Assembly (NCBI GenBank): GCA_051362555.1
Contig: CM120641.1
Coordinates: 26,542,401-26,606,400 of the forward strand
From: Lingula anatina
Lineage: Eukaryota; Animalia; Brachiopoda
DNA: 64,000 nt
Direction: 5' to 3'
In this document: positions 1 through 13,000 of the stretch, one piece after another
Layout of the letters: every line of letters begins with the position of its first letter
How positions within the stretch are numbered: position 1 is the stretch's first letter
Made by a program: the position numbers and the translations under genes
Notes under the pieces: generated by a model
The model's database searches: none
Seen by the model: the letters and a program-made list of their open reading frames with translations, nothing else
Told to the model about the DNA's origin: nothing

Positions 1-40
1 TGTGTGTGTGTGTGTTTGTGCGCGCGTGTGTATGTGTGTG
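1..40. repeat. (TG)n microsatellite
   Basis: Imperfect tgtgtg run at the window start. Confidence 0.9.
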
Positions 41-3000
41 AGGCAGAGTGAGGGAGAGGTTTCATAAATCGCTGATTAATGACATAAAAAGTCCAAAATA
101 CAACAGCTAATAAACCGTGATATAGAAGCACTGCAGATCGAACATGATATTCATTGATTCGTCAAGAATTGAGCTGCTCTGGTTAATTAAGAACGCGAGG
201 TGTTTATTAGCGTTGCCGCCCTGGATTCAGTAATCAAAATACAGGGTAAAAAGAGTAACCATCGATTTTATTGGGAAGGCCCCAATTAACATTGTTCCGC
301 TGCTGTGACCGGAGGACTTCAGATACCCATGCCTCCTATCCTAGATATCAGTTTAATTGCTCTCTAAAAAGGATGGAGTGCCTTTTCCTCTTTTATTTTG
401 TAGGAACAGAACGTGACCGGCCCGTTTATTATTTTTTTAATTCTCCATATTTTCATTCTGCATAGTGGCTAATTAACGTGTCGAAAATATCCAACTTAAG
501 ATTTGAATCCAAACACCTCAAATTTGGTCTAAGAGCCCATTGGAAAAATGTCCTCTGTACCTAACATGCCGATGACGTAGGGCATCTTATATGCTGGAAA
601 AGAAGAGAGTCACCGTCAAAGCTCTGAAGCCGAGAATAAAGTGCAAGTATCCCTACGTATTAGCGTCCTAGGGGGAAAACCAACGGTTTTGTACAGCTCG
701 CATTGCTTTTTCTCATTACACTACATGATGTTTTTAATGGGCCATTACACAACATTTCCCCCTACATAGAATCTTTTATCCTCCGTAAAATGTTTCGTGG
801 CTTTTACTCCTACATGTACCAATAGCATTCGAGACAATTAAGGTTGTAGAGTGTTTGTTTATATTCTCTCTCTTTTCCTTTAGATAAGAAGAGATGAACA
901 ATACTGAATGTACTGAAATTCATATATGTATTTTCGATTGGGGGAGGGCGGGGGCTGTATACTGTGGAATGGTATAATCGTGTGTAATGGGTCCAAGGCC
1001 TATTATAACATTAAGTATGTGTACGTAGTTGGTGTATCTATTATTCACATTTGGTCCAAATGTGGCGCTTTTGGGTCAATTTCCCCTCTCACGTAAGTCA
1101 TGAGAAATAAAACAATTCTTGTGTTGCGGAGGAGCCTGCGTAAGACCAGTATCTTATTCAGAGGAAATGAATCTCTTACTCACTTTCCACTACAATAACT
1201 GCTGGGTGTAAGTACTTGCCTGCTGGATAATCTGTCGTGGGTTGACTTCTCGTGAGAAGTCGTCTTTAATAAATAAGGTTGAAAAGAGGCCACCACGCCT
1301 CCATTAATACTACGCATTTGATGGGTTTGGTGTTTTACTATTAATTTCTCTAGAAGCAAGTTTCAACGCCCCGCACACACTCGGTGATCTATTCCGTTTG
1401 TAAGTCCATCCATGAGTACTTCAGATCAACTCTATAATTCCATGACAAACTGACGTGCGCTGGAATCAAACAACTTGCCACATTCAGTTTCTTAGAGCAC
1501 TAGATCAAACACGGTTATTGCCACACACAAATAAAAAAATATTACTTTTCCTGGAAATATATTGGAGGGTTACAGAACGGATGCTTTAAGTTGGCTTTCC
1601 AGGAAATAACATGCTGTTAATAAGTCACCACAATTCTCAGTAACCTCAACTGATGCAATTTACCGTAAAGTCTATAGGCCTACCCAACGAAGGCGATCCA
1701 CGAGGGGATCGAATTCACCTAGAAAACTTAATTATTTTTTTTATTAATTTCATTCATAGTGCAACCGGATAGATGGGACTACACTGAATGTTTTGCTTCA
1801 AAAATAAAAGAACGAGACTAAGGGGAGATATAGTATAAGGCTGCTAAAATCATTTCGACGATCCTTTCTTACTTTCGTGCCACCAACTCCACCCTCACCA
1901 ATTTATACAAAATGAAGAGGTATATTTGGCTACACCGGTGTCCACTACCCTGTTTATGCACAATTACCTTTGAAATATGCAGGGCGGAGTGGTACAGGTC
2001 AGCCGACAGGTAGACATAAGTGATTGATTTTTCTATTGGCTACCAAAGCTGATTATATGGTGGCGACATCTTTTGCATGGAATTCAAAATTCGAGAAAAT
2101 GCTGTCCGATGGGATACATGGTGCATGTGAGACTCAGCAACAAAAGATGGTACGGATGGTAGGACTATACAACTAAGCGAACATTTTATATCTCAACTTC
2201 AACGCAATGACGAAGCCCTAGTGGTTAACAGCACCAGGAGAACGATTTAATCGGGCACAGGCATCCTGTGTCTTTTTACTGTCTACCTGAGTACGGCATT
2301 TCTGTCTGGATACATGTTTGTCAACGGGTTTTGGTCAAGGTTGAGAAAGTCAGTGTGTTAGACTACAATTTTTTTTTTTTTTTTTTTTTTTGGGGGGGGT
2401 AGTCTCTGACCACTGGGTGCGTTAGAAGTCTGTTACAAAATTATCAAAACTGATATCAGAGGATAGGGGGTGGTGGCCGGGGGAGCGACGGGGCGGGCTG
2501 ACGGGGGAAGCAGATTTTAGTGTAATCGACATACTTATACAATAAAACAGATTGTAGGCTACTCAGCGTGTATAGTAAACTAGCTATTCTTGTGTGAATG
2601 TATTAAATTGTTAAACGCACGTTTAATATTTTCTCGTCCAAAATAATAAAAAACTTTTAAACAAATAATAGGGATCATCCCATTAAAACCACCCTGTTTA
2701 TATCTGTATGTATGTAAAACGGCTCCCTCCACAGGCTTCTTACGATAGGAAACGGCAGTGACAGGGTGATTAAAACCTGTGATCCACCAGTCCTAATTAA
2801 AACCAAACGGGCGTGTTGTAATCAACCGCCCAGGAAACGCTGTCTACACATTAAAACTAGAAATGATATCATTACAACGATTTTAAAATAACCAGTAACA
2901 ATGTCACTTGTTAATGTCATCGACATAGAACGTACGCATTCCTTCTAGTAGAAAAGCCTATATGGGCCTACATGTATATCCCATGGGTAGAAATGGTCTT

Positions 3001-3438
3001 CAAATACATTTTCTAAGTCTAATAAACGACGGCTTACATCGATATCGAGTGAGATGTAATAACCTACTAGTATATTGATGTATATAGCATTTTGCGAATT
3101 GTCTACGTATCCGTCTCTAGGCAAAGAATCTAAGGATATGTCATGAAATGCAATCTTGAGCGAATTAAACGTTTTCAATCCATAAAGTGTCCTAAACAAC
3201 GCTTATGGAGTGACAGGTACAATGAAAACAGCTCAAGTTCTGCCCAACAAAAAAAGTATCCCCGTCAAAACAAGAATTAGGCGTTCTGTAGAGAGTTGCA
3301 GGATGTAGGCTACGTAATTTCGATGTTGTTTAATTGATATAAAGAATTTCCTATCCCCATTTCAAATTAATTTCAAGGAGAAGGAAGTCCGGATTCATCT
3401 GGAACCAAAGGATAGTCATTAGAAGTTCGCTTGATGCG

Positions 3439-3705
3439 CAGGGGCGGATCCAGAATTTTTTGAAGGGAGGGGGGGCGGTCCGGTTTTTTAGGGATTGACA
3501 GGCCTTGGATTGCGAGGCCGACCCTCACCCCCTAGGCGTCCGGTTCGGGGCACGCTCGAGGGCACCGAAAATAATTGGTATTTTGGAGGTCAAATGGCGC
3601 CATTTGGCACGGTTTAGAACTACGATTCAGGTAGACGTTTTTGGTGAGTTTTTAAATCAGAAATCAGGACCCCCACCCCCCTGTCAAAGCCATAATGCGC
3701 CACTG
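3439..3705. mobile_element. Non-autonomous DNA transposon (MITE) with CAG...CTG ends and 5-bp TSD
   Basis: Starts caggggcggat and ends atgcgccactg (imperfect TIR); flanked by direct repeat ATGCG at 3434-3438 and 3706-3710. Confidence 0.7.
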
Positions 3706-4064
3706 ATGCGCATATCGTACTGGGCACATGAAAACCTGCAAAACCACGGATGTTTAGTAGGCCCTAAGCCTTATACATAGACTTTGGTGCTATTCATCTA
3801 TGTATTTTATTATTATTATTATCATCATCATTATTATTGTTGCTATTACTTTATCTCTGTACATTTTCACCAGCTCAGTCTAGTGCAGAAATTACAGTGT
3901 ATGAATATTTAGCATACATAGGCCTATAGGCCTATAGGGCCTATAAACAGTGCCTAAATCACAGCTAGATGGCCTGTAAACATAGGGTAAACACCAATTT
4001 TTAATTGGTCATTCTTTGTCGACGAGATGTTTCTCTTTGGATCTGTCGTCTCCGAATGCTGAAA

Positions 4065-4098
4065 AGAGAGAGAGAGAGAGAGAGAGAGAGGGGGAGAG
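4065..4098. repeat. (AG)n microsatellite
   Basis: agagagag run seen directly. Confidence 0.9.
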
Positions 4099-4499
4099 AT
4101 ATACGGGGCGGATTCAATCAACTTCACGATATCCCCTAAGATAGGCCTATAAGACCATATTAGGAGAATTGTGGAGGAAAGGAAGCGAATGAAGTAATCC
4201 GCGGCATGTGTTTGGCAACGATTTAGCAGCAATTGGGAATATTCCTTCTTTTTGTTGAAGGCGAATGTTTTGATACGACAAGATAGGCCTAAATGTAGAA
4301 GTTTAGAGATGGGAGTGCGGCCACTGGGTCTTTCTCATTTGGTCTTGTTAAATATCTGTTGTGTTTGCTCAAAAACAATTCTTGTACTTTAGCTCAAAGT
4401 TGATATAAATATATAAACATAGACTATTAAAATATATTTAGGTCTAAGATATTTTATATGTTCAGTTTTCCAGTAACAATTTACTCTTTCTTCCCAAAC

Positions 4500-4650
4500 T
4501 GCGTATGATATCAAGCAGGTGCCCGGATGCTAAATCATATGACCCGATGACCTTTGACGTCATTTGCGCTGTTACGAGGGAAAATGGCAACGAAGTGTTC
4601 GCCCAGCGGGACTGAACAGGCTGTTGGCACCAGATCGGAGCGATGTGAGT
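4500..4650 (+). promoter_or_regulatory. Putative promoter and first exon of the BAHD1-like gene
   Basis: CpG-rich; TGACC(C/T) half-sites, CRE palindrome TGACGTCA 4555-4562, YY1-like AAAATGGC 4581-4588, strong donor GTGAGT 4645-4650. CpG becomes sparse downstream. The link to BAHD1 is inferred. Confidence 0.5.
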
Positions 4651-5742
4651 AATTTTAGTGCTTTCAAAGCGTATATGTTAAGTTGTCAAACCGACCTGGC
4701 GAAAAGTCTCACAACGCCAAGTGCAAAGCGAGCTGTAAATGTGTGACCTACTTTTCGATTCACCGCAACTCCATGTGACGTACGATAGTGTTCGCTAAGG
4801 TGTATTGATTTTAGGGGGAATTTAGAGCTTGATGCGAAATTTGTCCGTTTTCAAAGTCAAATTTTATGGTGACATATGTCTCAACCAGTACCCTATTTAA
4901 ATAACATGATGCCATGGTGTGTCTGTGTGTGTGCATTCAGCATTTTTCAGAATTGTGTTTTTTTTTAACATTTAGATCTACAATATATACAATTTTTGAT
5001 GGTGGAGCGGTGGTAGTGATGTATTTTTTCTTTATAACAATATTACTAATTACTTATTATCTTCATAACATTAATATCAATGACAAAACCATACATTTTG
5101 AATAAAGGAGTGGAGATATTGATAATTAGCAGAAGTTGGAAGTTGTAAAAGTTCATTTTCCCCAGTAAAAGAAGAAAGAAGATGACCAAGGCTACTCCAA
5201 AATTGATGTTAATTTTGCAATCCAGATAGAAAGTGTTGTTCGAGTGAAAAATATTAATATATTACGAATAGTATTTTCTAGTTTTAAGTGAAAAATAAAT
5301 ATTTGGATTTTCCAATGAAAATGTACTTTTGAATATGTGTGCATGTAAAACGAGTCAGATATTCACTTTCGATGCAATGAAATACCAAGTTTTAAAAGAC
5401 AAGCAAATCAGAAACTTATATTCCAACTTTTTCAGCATTAGTTAATTTAAAAGCCCTGTTTTAACACTTTTTATGAATTACATCTCTGATTTGTCTTGTC
5501 TTTTTTTCCCCTCTAAGTCAATGTTTGGAAGAATTTAATATCATCATTGATCAATGGTATAGATGCTAATGAAATTATTGGTATCATTTGAAACTTGAAA
5601 CAAGGAATGCAATAGATATGTATATCTGATATATTTGTTACTGTAGTTACAGGTACCTGCAGGATTTCAGTGCCATCCTCCCCTCTTTTACCTATCCCCA
5701 TACTTAAAATACAGTAGGTGTTATATACCAATTCTTATTAAA

Positions 5743-6210
5743 AGGGCAACTCCATGTGTTTTTCCTGCCAAAATGAATTGTTAGAGGTTCTCTTCACACA
5801 CTTGAAAATCCCCCATTGTCATATGTATATTATGTAAAACTTTTTATATTTCCAAATTCAGACCATAAAGACAATAGAATCCTTAAAATAATAAGTTACG
5901 TGAAGTGTGCTTTGAGTCATTTTTATCTTCCCAGACTTCTCAGATAGCCATTGTCAGCTTGCAACATCAGTATTATATAGGGCACAGGACCGCGATACAA
6001 AACATTCTGCCATTTTCTTGTGTGAAAACGAGACAATCTGCAATATTGTAGATATTGTTTATAATGACTGGTCATTCATTTAAACTGAAGTAATAAATCA
6101 AAAATGGATTAAAACATTGCGAGTTTCAAGCGATTATTCATGAATAGGAGAAAATTGCTCTTTTCTCCAGGAAAATTCATCTTAGCAAGAAAATTCCTTG
6201 GAATGTCCCT
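5743..6210. mobile_element. Degenerate Kolobok-like MITE
   Basis: Ends agggcaactcca / tggaatgtccct form an imperfect TIR in a TTAA-like context. Subterminal aaaattgctcttttctccaggaaaatt matches aaaattgttctttactccaggaaaatt in the 14627-14959 element. Confidence 0.5.
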
Positions 6211-8992
6211 TAAAAGTAATTAAGTTTTACATGGCTGGCCAGACAGTGGGGCTCTCATATAGTCTTCCTGATATTTCGGAAGGAAACTCTTATGTGAGAG
6301 GTTCCTTTCATTTCTGTTGAGTAGGGTGTGGTTGTCGAGACTTTGACTGTACATCTTAGGTAGAGGCTACTATAAATAACACTTGCAGACCGATTCCCTC
6401 ATGAAGGTGTCTAGGCAGTCACTGAAATAATCATGAAATTCTTTGTGAAATTCTTTGTGAGATGCAATGTATAGATTGTTGCAAATTAGTATGAAAATTG
6501 AAAAGAGATAAACAAGGAAAAGGTTGAACACTTGCATTTCAATACTTCATAAGGATGCCTCTTTGAAATATCTTTATACACATCAACTTAATTATGCAGT
6601 GCCTTCCAAAGTGAGGCATTTTCAAGTTACTTTTTACCAAATGTCATTATGTTTAAGTTTTTTTGTACAAAACTGAAGAATATTATTGTTTTTTGAAAAT
6701 ACATTACAGCACATAAAAGAGAATGCTAGTCAAGCAGCCAAAAGGTATTGACAATCAGGGTTAGATTTACACAAGAACCTCAGCATGATAATGCGTTCTT
6801 CTCTTTTGGTTTTAAAGTTTTGACTTATTATTGGTTTCAAGTTATTTTGTTAAACCGTCCAAAGAAGTACCAGAAGAACAACAAATTTATTTTGTGTTGA
6901 TCTGTCCGTGCAGGATCCCCACTGATGAGTAATAAGTTATATGAGACCTACAATGTACACACAATGTGTGAGAGTATGTACTGAATCAGACTAGGCCAGG
7001 TATTACTTTTGAACTGGGTTCATTTGTTTAAAAATAAAAATGACTTTTACTAGAGAGGTAATTGTGAGAAAGGGAATAAAGGGTGGGAGGATGCTTTTGT
7101 GGTGAGGCATAATAGTCTGTAGGTAGTATAATCCTTCACTTTGAAATCAACCTTTTTTAGCCTTCTGTGAGTAAAATATACTTTGTCAAAGTTGTGGATA
7201 CCTTTACCTTTTATTCACTTTTTGCAGATGGTCCCAACAAAGAGTTGTGTATCAAGACTCATTTTAAGCACCCAAATAGACATTTTACTCATGGTAAAAT
7301 TTAAAAAGTCACAAGGCACTTAATCCATAATTTTGCAAGTAAGGATGTGGAAAAAGATTCTTTTTCCAATTTATTGATTTAAAAGTATTTTATATGCCCA
7401 TGATACAATATGGTCATTTATGTAACCCAGTATCATTTTGTAAAATCTCTCATTGAAATTTAACATCAGGATTTCACACTTTTAAATAACTCACAGTATA
7501 TTTGTTCTGGGTAGCCTCTTTCTACATGTAAGATTTCAAGGACTCACCCTTTATGAAAAACACAGAGTTATTATTGTGTTTACCTTATTGCTCTACAGAA
7601 TTTACCCAAATATTTTCCTAATGTGTGTCCATTTTGTTGGCTAATTATTAATTTCATTAAATGTTTTCAGCAGGATATGGATGTTTTAATGTCAACAGTT
7701 CAAGTTTCTGGAAACCTAATAGTAAGGGGTCCTGCTGTTGTAGGAAAAAAGAGGGGGCCCTTGTAAGCTTATGGTGTTACTATTAATTATGGTGACACAA
7801 AGGCCTTTGTAGTGGAAGTGCACTACACTATATAGCGTCGCATGCCTGACAGTTGTATCAGTACTGCGCTTAACACATTGGACATTCATAGATGAATACC
7901 TGTGGTAAAGCAGTCTCTCTTTTTGCCGACACAGTTGTATAAAAAAGGTAAAATTCATTAGCTGGGCCATGAGCTAAAGGTTTTAGAATTTAGTCCTTGG
8001 ATGGTTAACCTGACTGTATTCAAGTCAATACTCGAAACAATGGTTGGCATGAACTCGCTGGTCTTAAAAGTTTATGTTTAACTTTATGAAAGATGACATA
8101 AGATCCAAGTAAAAGAGTGACTGTTATGTTGGCAATTCAGTGATTATTTGACAGAAGTTCTGCAGTACCTAAGACTAATCGTAGGATATAAATGTTTCAT
8201 TAGAATTCTTTAGAATGGGACAGCCTTACAGCAGTGTTTTTGCACTTCAGTGTGTTATGAGTTTGCACACAAAAGCACCCGGATTAATACATTGGCAGAC
8301 TAGTGCACGAGGAAGTTCATTTCTCAATGGTGAACCAATGCCATATGTGCACATTATCAACTTCCTAAGATAAGCTGATATGCCTGCTCACACCAAATGA
8401 CATTTTACTTGACAATAAGAAGGTAATTTTGTTTCATAAAGTACATGTATCACTGTGGCAATAATATTTTTCAATATCAGATGGAGTAAGAATATCTCTC
8501 TTTATTTTTATTGAAAAGAACAAAAAGTTGCCTGAAACCACAAAATGAAAGATTTATTTGTGGCATTAGGTAAAGTTGAAAAATATTAGATTATATTGAA
8601 AGCATTGTTTGTGTTTTATATGCTCAGACCTTTGCAACTGCATATTTGAGTTTATGGAATTTAGCACTTATAATTTGTCCCATAGCACTTGTTATCATGT
8701 TAGAAAAAATTGGATTGTTAAGGTTTCTGACAGGGCTTATTATCATCAAAATATAAAAATGAGTTTTTTATAGTAACTTATTATTCAGAAACGCATCTAC
8801 CATTTTGCTGATTAAAAACAATTAAAATTCCCTCCAAAATATAAATTATTGGTGTTCAAATATCTCTTTAATAATCATAAGCACCTTGGAGTGTTACTTC
8901 ATCCCCAAACAAGATCTTATCATGAAAATTGGCATAGGTGAGAACAAATGTATAGGCTTCAATTCCCTGCCATCGTTTTGGTTTAAATGTTA

Positions 8993-9236
8993 GGCTTCGT
9001 TCACATGCAATGTCTATTTTCTAAATTCTATTTTCTATTTGCGGCATGTCTTATGATCACGGTCTGTGCCCTGGATATCCCGCCGCGTAATTACTGGCAG
9101 CGCGAGCCAGTTACTATAAGTCAGCTCGCGCTGCCAGTAATTACGCGGCGGGATATCCAGGGCACAGACCGTGATCATAAGATAGCGCAAATAGAAAATA
9201 GAATTTAGAAAATAGACATTGCATGTGAACGAAGCC
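8993..9236. mobile_element. PIF/Harbinger-type hairpin MITE
   Basis: Near-perfect palindrome with ~115-bp arms (ggcttcgttcacatgcaatg... / ...cattgcatgtgaacgaagcc); TTA TSD at 8990-8992 and 9237-9239. Confidence 0.85.
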
Positions 9237-10015
9237 TTATTATCATGGAGTTATGAGCCTCTAAGTACAATGAAATCTGAACTAAGGCTTCAAAAATTGC
9301 TGGTAAGGTTTTAAAGTACTCAATGGTATTAATAAATTGGCGTTAAAATGCTGTATGTGGGTGCTCAGATAAGGAGCAAAAATTTGAGAAACTGATTTTG
9401 CAGTTTTTACCCAATTAGATATTTGTGCAAACACATTTAGTCAGTGAAAGACAGTCATATAGGAGTTTAGTCCAACCCTGATTGTACATGTACCCTTACT
9501 AGTAAGCAATGTGAAATGAAAATGAACAGTTTACAAACTAAATTTTCCATTTCATTTTATTTTGCATGATGCTATAAGATGAAAAGATAAAAAGTACTTC
9601 ATATTTTCAGTGTGCAAAGCCCTATTGATTGTGGTTACAGTCTTGTCCCCTTATGTTCTATTATAATCAAATTCACCTTTAATATTCATTCATAACATGA
9701 TATCCAAACATGTAATTAGAAAAAATAACTTTTGGTCATACTGACCTTTATTGATTAAATTGTTTCTCAATGAATTAGTATTTAGAAAAATGGCTATGAT
9801 CAGAAAGAGGCAAGAGCATTTTTTCTTTTTGATGTAACAAAGTTATTGACATGTGGAAGTGGTCTTTATCTATAAAATTTATGTCAGATTTGATGCTTGT
9901 CTCAAAAACAAGCTATATATGTCTTTAAGGTACCATTTAAAACACATGAAAGATATCCTGCTGTGTCACTGTCTTCTTTTATCTTTATAATTTCTTTCAG
10001 AACATTTTGACAATC

Positions 10016-13000
10016 ATGGCGACAAAGAAGAGGAAAGCCATTCAGTCACGCCCCTTTCACTTCAGGAGGGAGGCTTCTTTAAATGCCCAAGCTACAATCA
10101 ATGTTTTGTTTGAGAAGGAGCTGGTGCCAGTGAAAAGACTGAAACTGGACACTGAACCAGGAAGCGTTCTTATCCAGACAAAAAACAAAGCAGGAAAAAG
10201 GCATTCTTCTGTGATAGACGGAGATAAGTTGCCACAAAAAGGAAAAGATGCAAAATCAAAAGCAAAGGAATCAAGAAGTCAGCTCCTGCAGGTTGTGACG
10301 TTGAGGTCAAAAGACAGGAAGAAGAGACAAACAGGAGATGGTTCCAGAAGGAAAGGTAGAATAAACTTACATTCAACGGGATCAGACACAGTTGGGAGTG
10401 ATAGTGACAGTGATGTGACAGACAGTGAACTGATTTCAGCAAGGAAAAAATATTGTGCAAGGAGAGTCAACTCCCCTGTGAAAAAAGGATCCAAAGTGCA
10501 AAAAAATTCCAAAAACAGTTCAAAAGCAAGGAACCCCCCCAGCAAAGGTGTCTCGGCAAATCAAAAGGAGTCTCACAAAAATTTCACAGATGGTGATGAC
10601 TCACGGAGAAGTGACTCTGAAATAGAAGATGGCAGTGTCTCTCCCTCTAAGTTGGGAAAGAAAAAAATAATTTCCAAAGGTGACTGGGAAAGCTGGCGGC
10701 ATTCAAGACGTCTGGCTAGTTTGAATGCTCAGGCAATTTTAGCTGCCAGTTGCGAATCTGAACCTCGTAGTCCTAAGAAAGAACACTCACCTAAAAGGAA
10801 GAAAAAGATTGAAGACAATCAAAAAGACCTGTCATCCGCAGCAGAGGAAAAACAAGGAAGAAGGAGATCGGAAAACTCTAAAAATAGTTTGGATGAAGGG
10901 ATTGTGAAGGAAAAAATAAAAGAGGTAATTACTGATTTGGGTTAAATTTCTCTTATCAAATTTGTCTGCCAAGAAATTTTTTGCCAGATCTGAATTTCAT
11001 TCTAGAATTGATAAATGGTATAACAATTTAGCATTGATCAGTGATTCACTTAAGCATTTTCACAGATCTTTAAAGCTAAATTTTTGTAGCATATGGCAAG
11101 ATATATATTTTATTCAACTGAAACCTATTGTCTGATGTTGCTGAGTAGAAAAGGGGATGGTGAAAGGAAGAGAATTTTATTCATTGCAAAACTCATCATG
11201 ATTTTAATATTTTCTGAACTTGCAATTCTATAGCCTTTTCTTTTCAAAATGTGAAAGTACAATATTGAACCTACTTACAGCCCAGTCTTAAAGATGAAAG
11301 TGAGAATGGTACTGGAATTCCTGTCGATTGTTTGAATATTTTTGTGTCACATGTAGGGTTATTATTATATAGATAACATCATTAACCAGGATGCAGGACA
11401 TACGTTTTGTAGCAGCTTCCCTAGCAAAAAAAAAAAAATTCTAACATAATTGCCATCATTTGAGTTGTCAGTTAATACCTTATCAAATAGAGAATAACAA
11501 TAACAACAATGGAAATCTATAAATGTGTACACAGAACAGGCCCGTAGCCAGGGGGGGTATGGGGGGTTCGAAAGAACCACCCCTTTTGCTGGAAAAAGGT
11601 CCACTCTGGGTAAAATTTGCTCTAGGTACATGATGTTTTTATGGAAAAAGGTCCACTTTTTCAGAAAACGAACCCCCCTTTTGAAATTGCTGGCTACGGG
11701 CCTGCAGAATATGATGAAATGCTCAGAGTTGGTATCCCTGTGACACCCACATCATTAGCTAAAATGATACTGAAGTTTCTATAATGTATTGAAAATGCTT
11801 ATTGGTAGCTATAGATTTCATATTCTAGTTTTGTGACCAGATTTGCTGAATATTTCAAAACTGGAAAAGGCACATTTAATTTTTATTGATAAATTTTTCT
11901 TGACAGAGAAAAAAATGTTGGAGATGGGACACGGGACAAATGTAAAAGATTTCATAACTGGCATTACTGTTTATCATCAGTTTTTATTACCATCTTGTGT
12001 TTTCACAGATTGTGAAAGACGTCAAGTTGGAGCCAGTGGTCAAACTTGAACCTCTTTCCAAATCTCCCAGTGGTGACTTCCCTGTTTGTGCTCACTCCCA
12101 AGTGGGGCTCTCATCTGGAGATGGGTCAATCCACTGGACCAACAAGGCAATGGTGCAGCAGACAACAGACGACAGGGGATGCTCACCTGTAAAAAACACA
12201 GCATTTCACAGAGTCAATCGAACTGCAGTCATTCAGCCTCAGCCTATAGGTGGCAGCACTCACAATAGTCACCATTTACTAGGAGGCTACTTTGGCCATC
12301 CAGGCTCTGCCAGCCAGGGGTCGCCAAGCCACGCCCAGTGTTTGCCATCTGGTTGTGGGTACCCTGGGGTTCCCATCATCCCTAGCACCACACAGTGCCA
12401 GTCCTTCACCCTGGGGGGCCTGGGGAGTATTAGTACACTGATGATGTACTCGCCTCGGCAGATGGGAAGTGCTTTCCGTGTGCCACCCCACTATGCTGCT
12501 CACGCCCCACCGCCACTGTATCCAAATGCATGTAAGTATGAAATATGGATTTTATACACTAAAAGTACATAATTGTAGTTTATGGATGAAGTTGTGTTAC
12601 CCTCTGTATTAACTATCTTTTGAATACAGCATGTTTTTCCTTTAGAATAAACTGAAGTTTCTATAGTAGCTTAGCAGTTTTTTTTTATTCATTTATATTC
12701 ATTTTTCATTTTTTTTCATTCATTTTTTTACAATGTAATTTTATTTATTAAGGTTACTACCAGCCAGCTGGTCCATTAATACAAGCAGTCCCGGATTCCT
12801 GTGTGTTGTCCCACGGGATACCAGTCCCCATTCCACACATCCCACCTAATGTTAAGTCCATGGCAAGTCCACAACCCACCTTAATGACAGGATCATCCAA
12901 CCAGCAGGTCGGAAATAACCCCACAGAAGTGCCGAGGGAAGGCAACACCTGGGCACTGCCAGAGAATAAACGAAAAGAAAAGACTGAGACAAAATCCAAA

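Noticed and set aside
8987-9208. 73-aa ORF resembling a secreted peptide
   Set aside because: Lies within the palindromic MITE; chance ORF.
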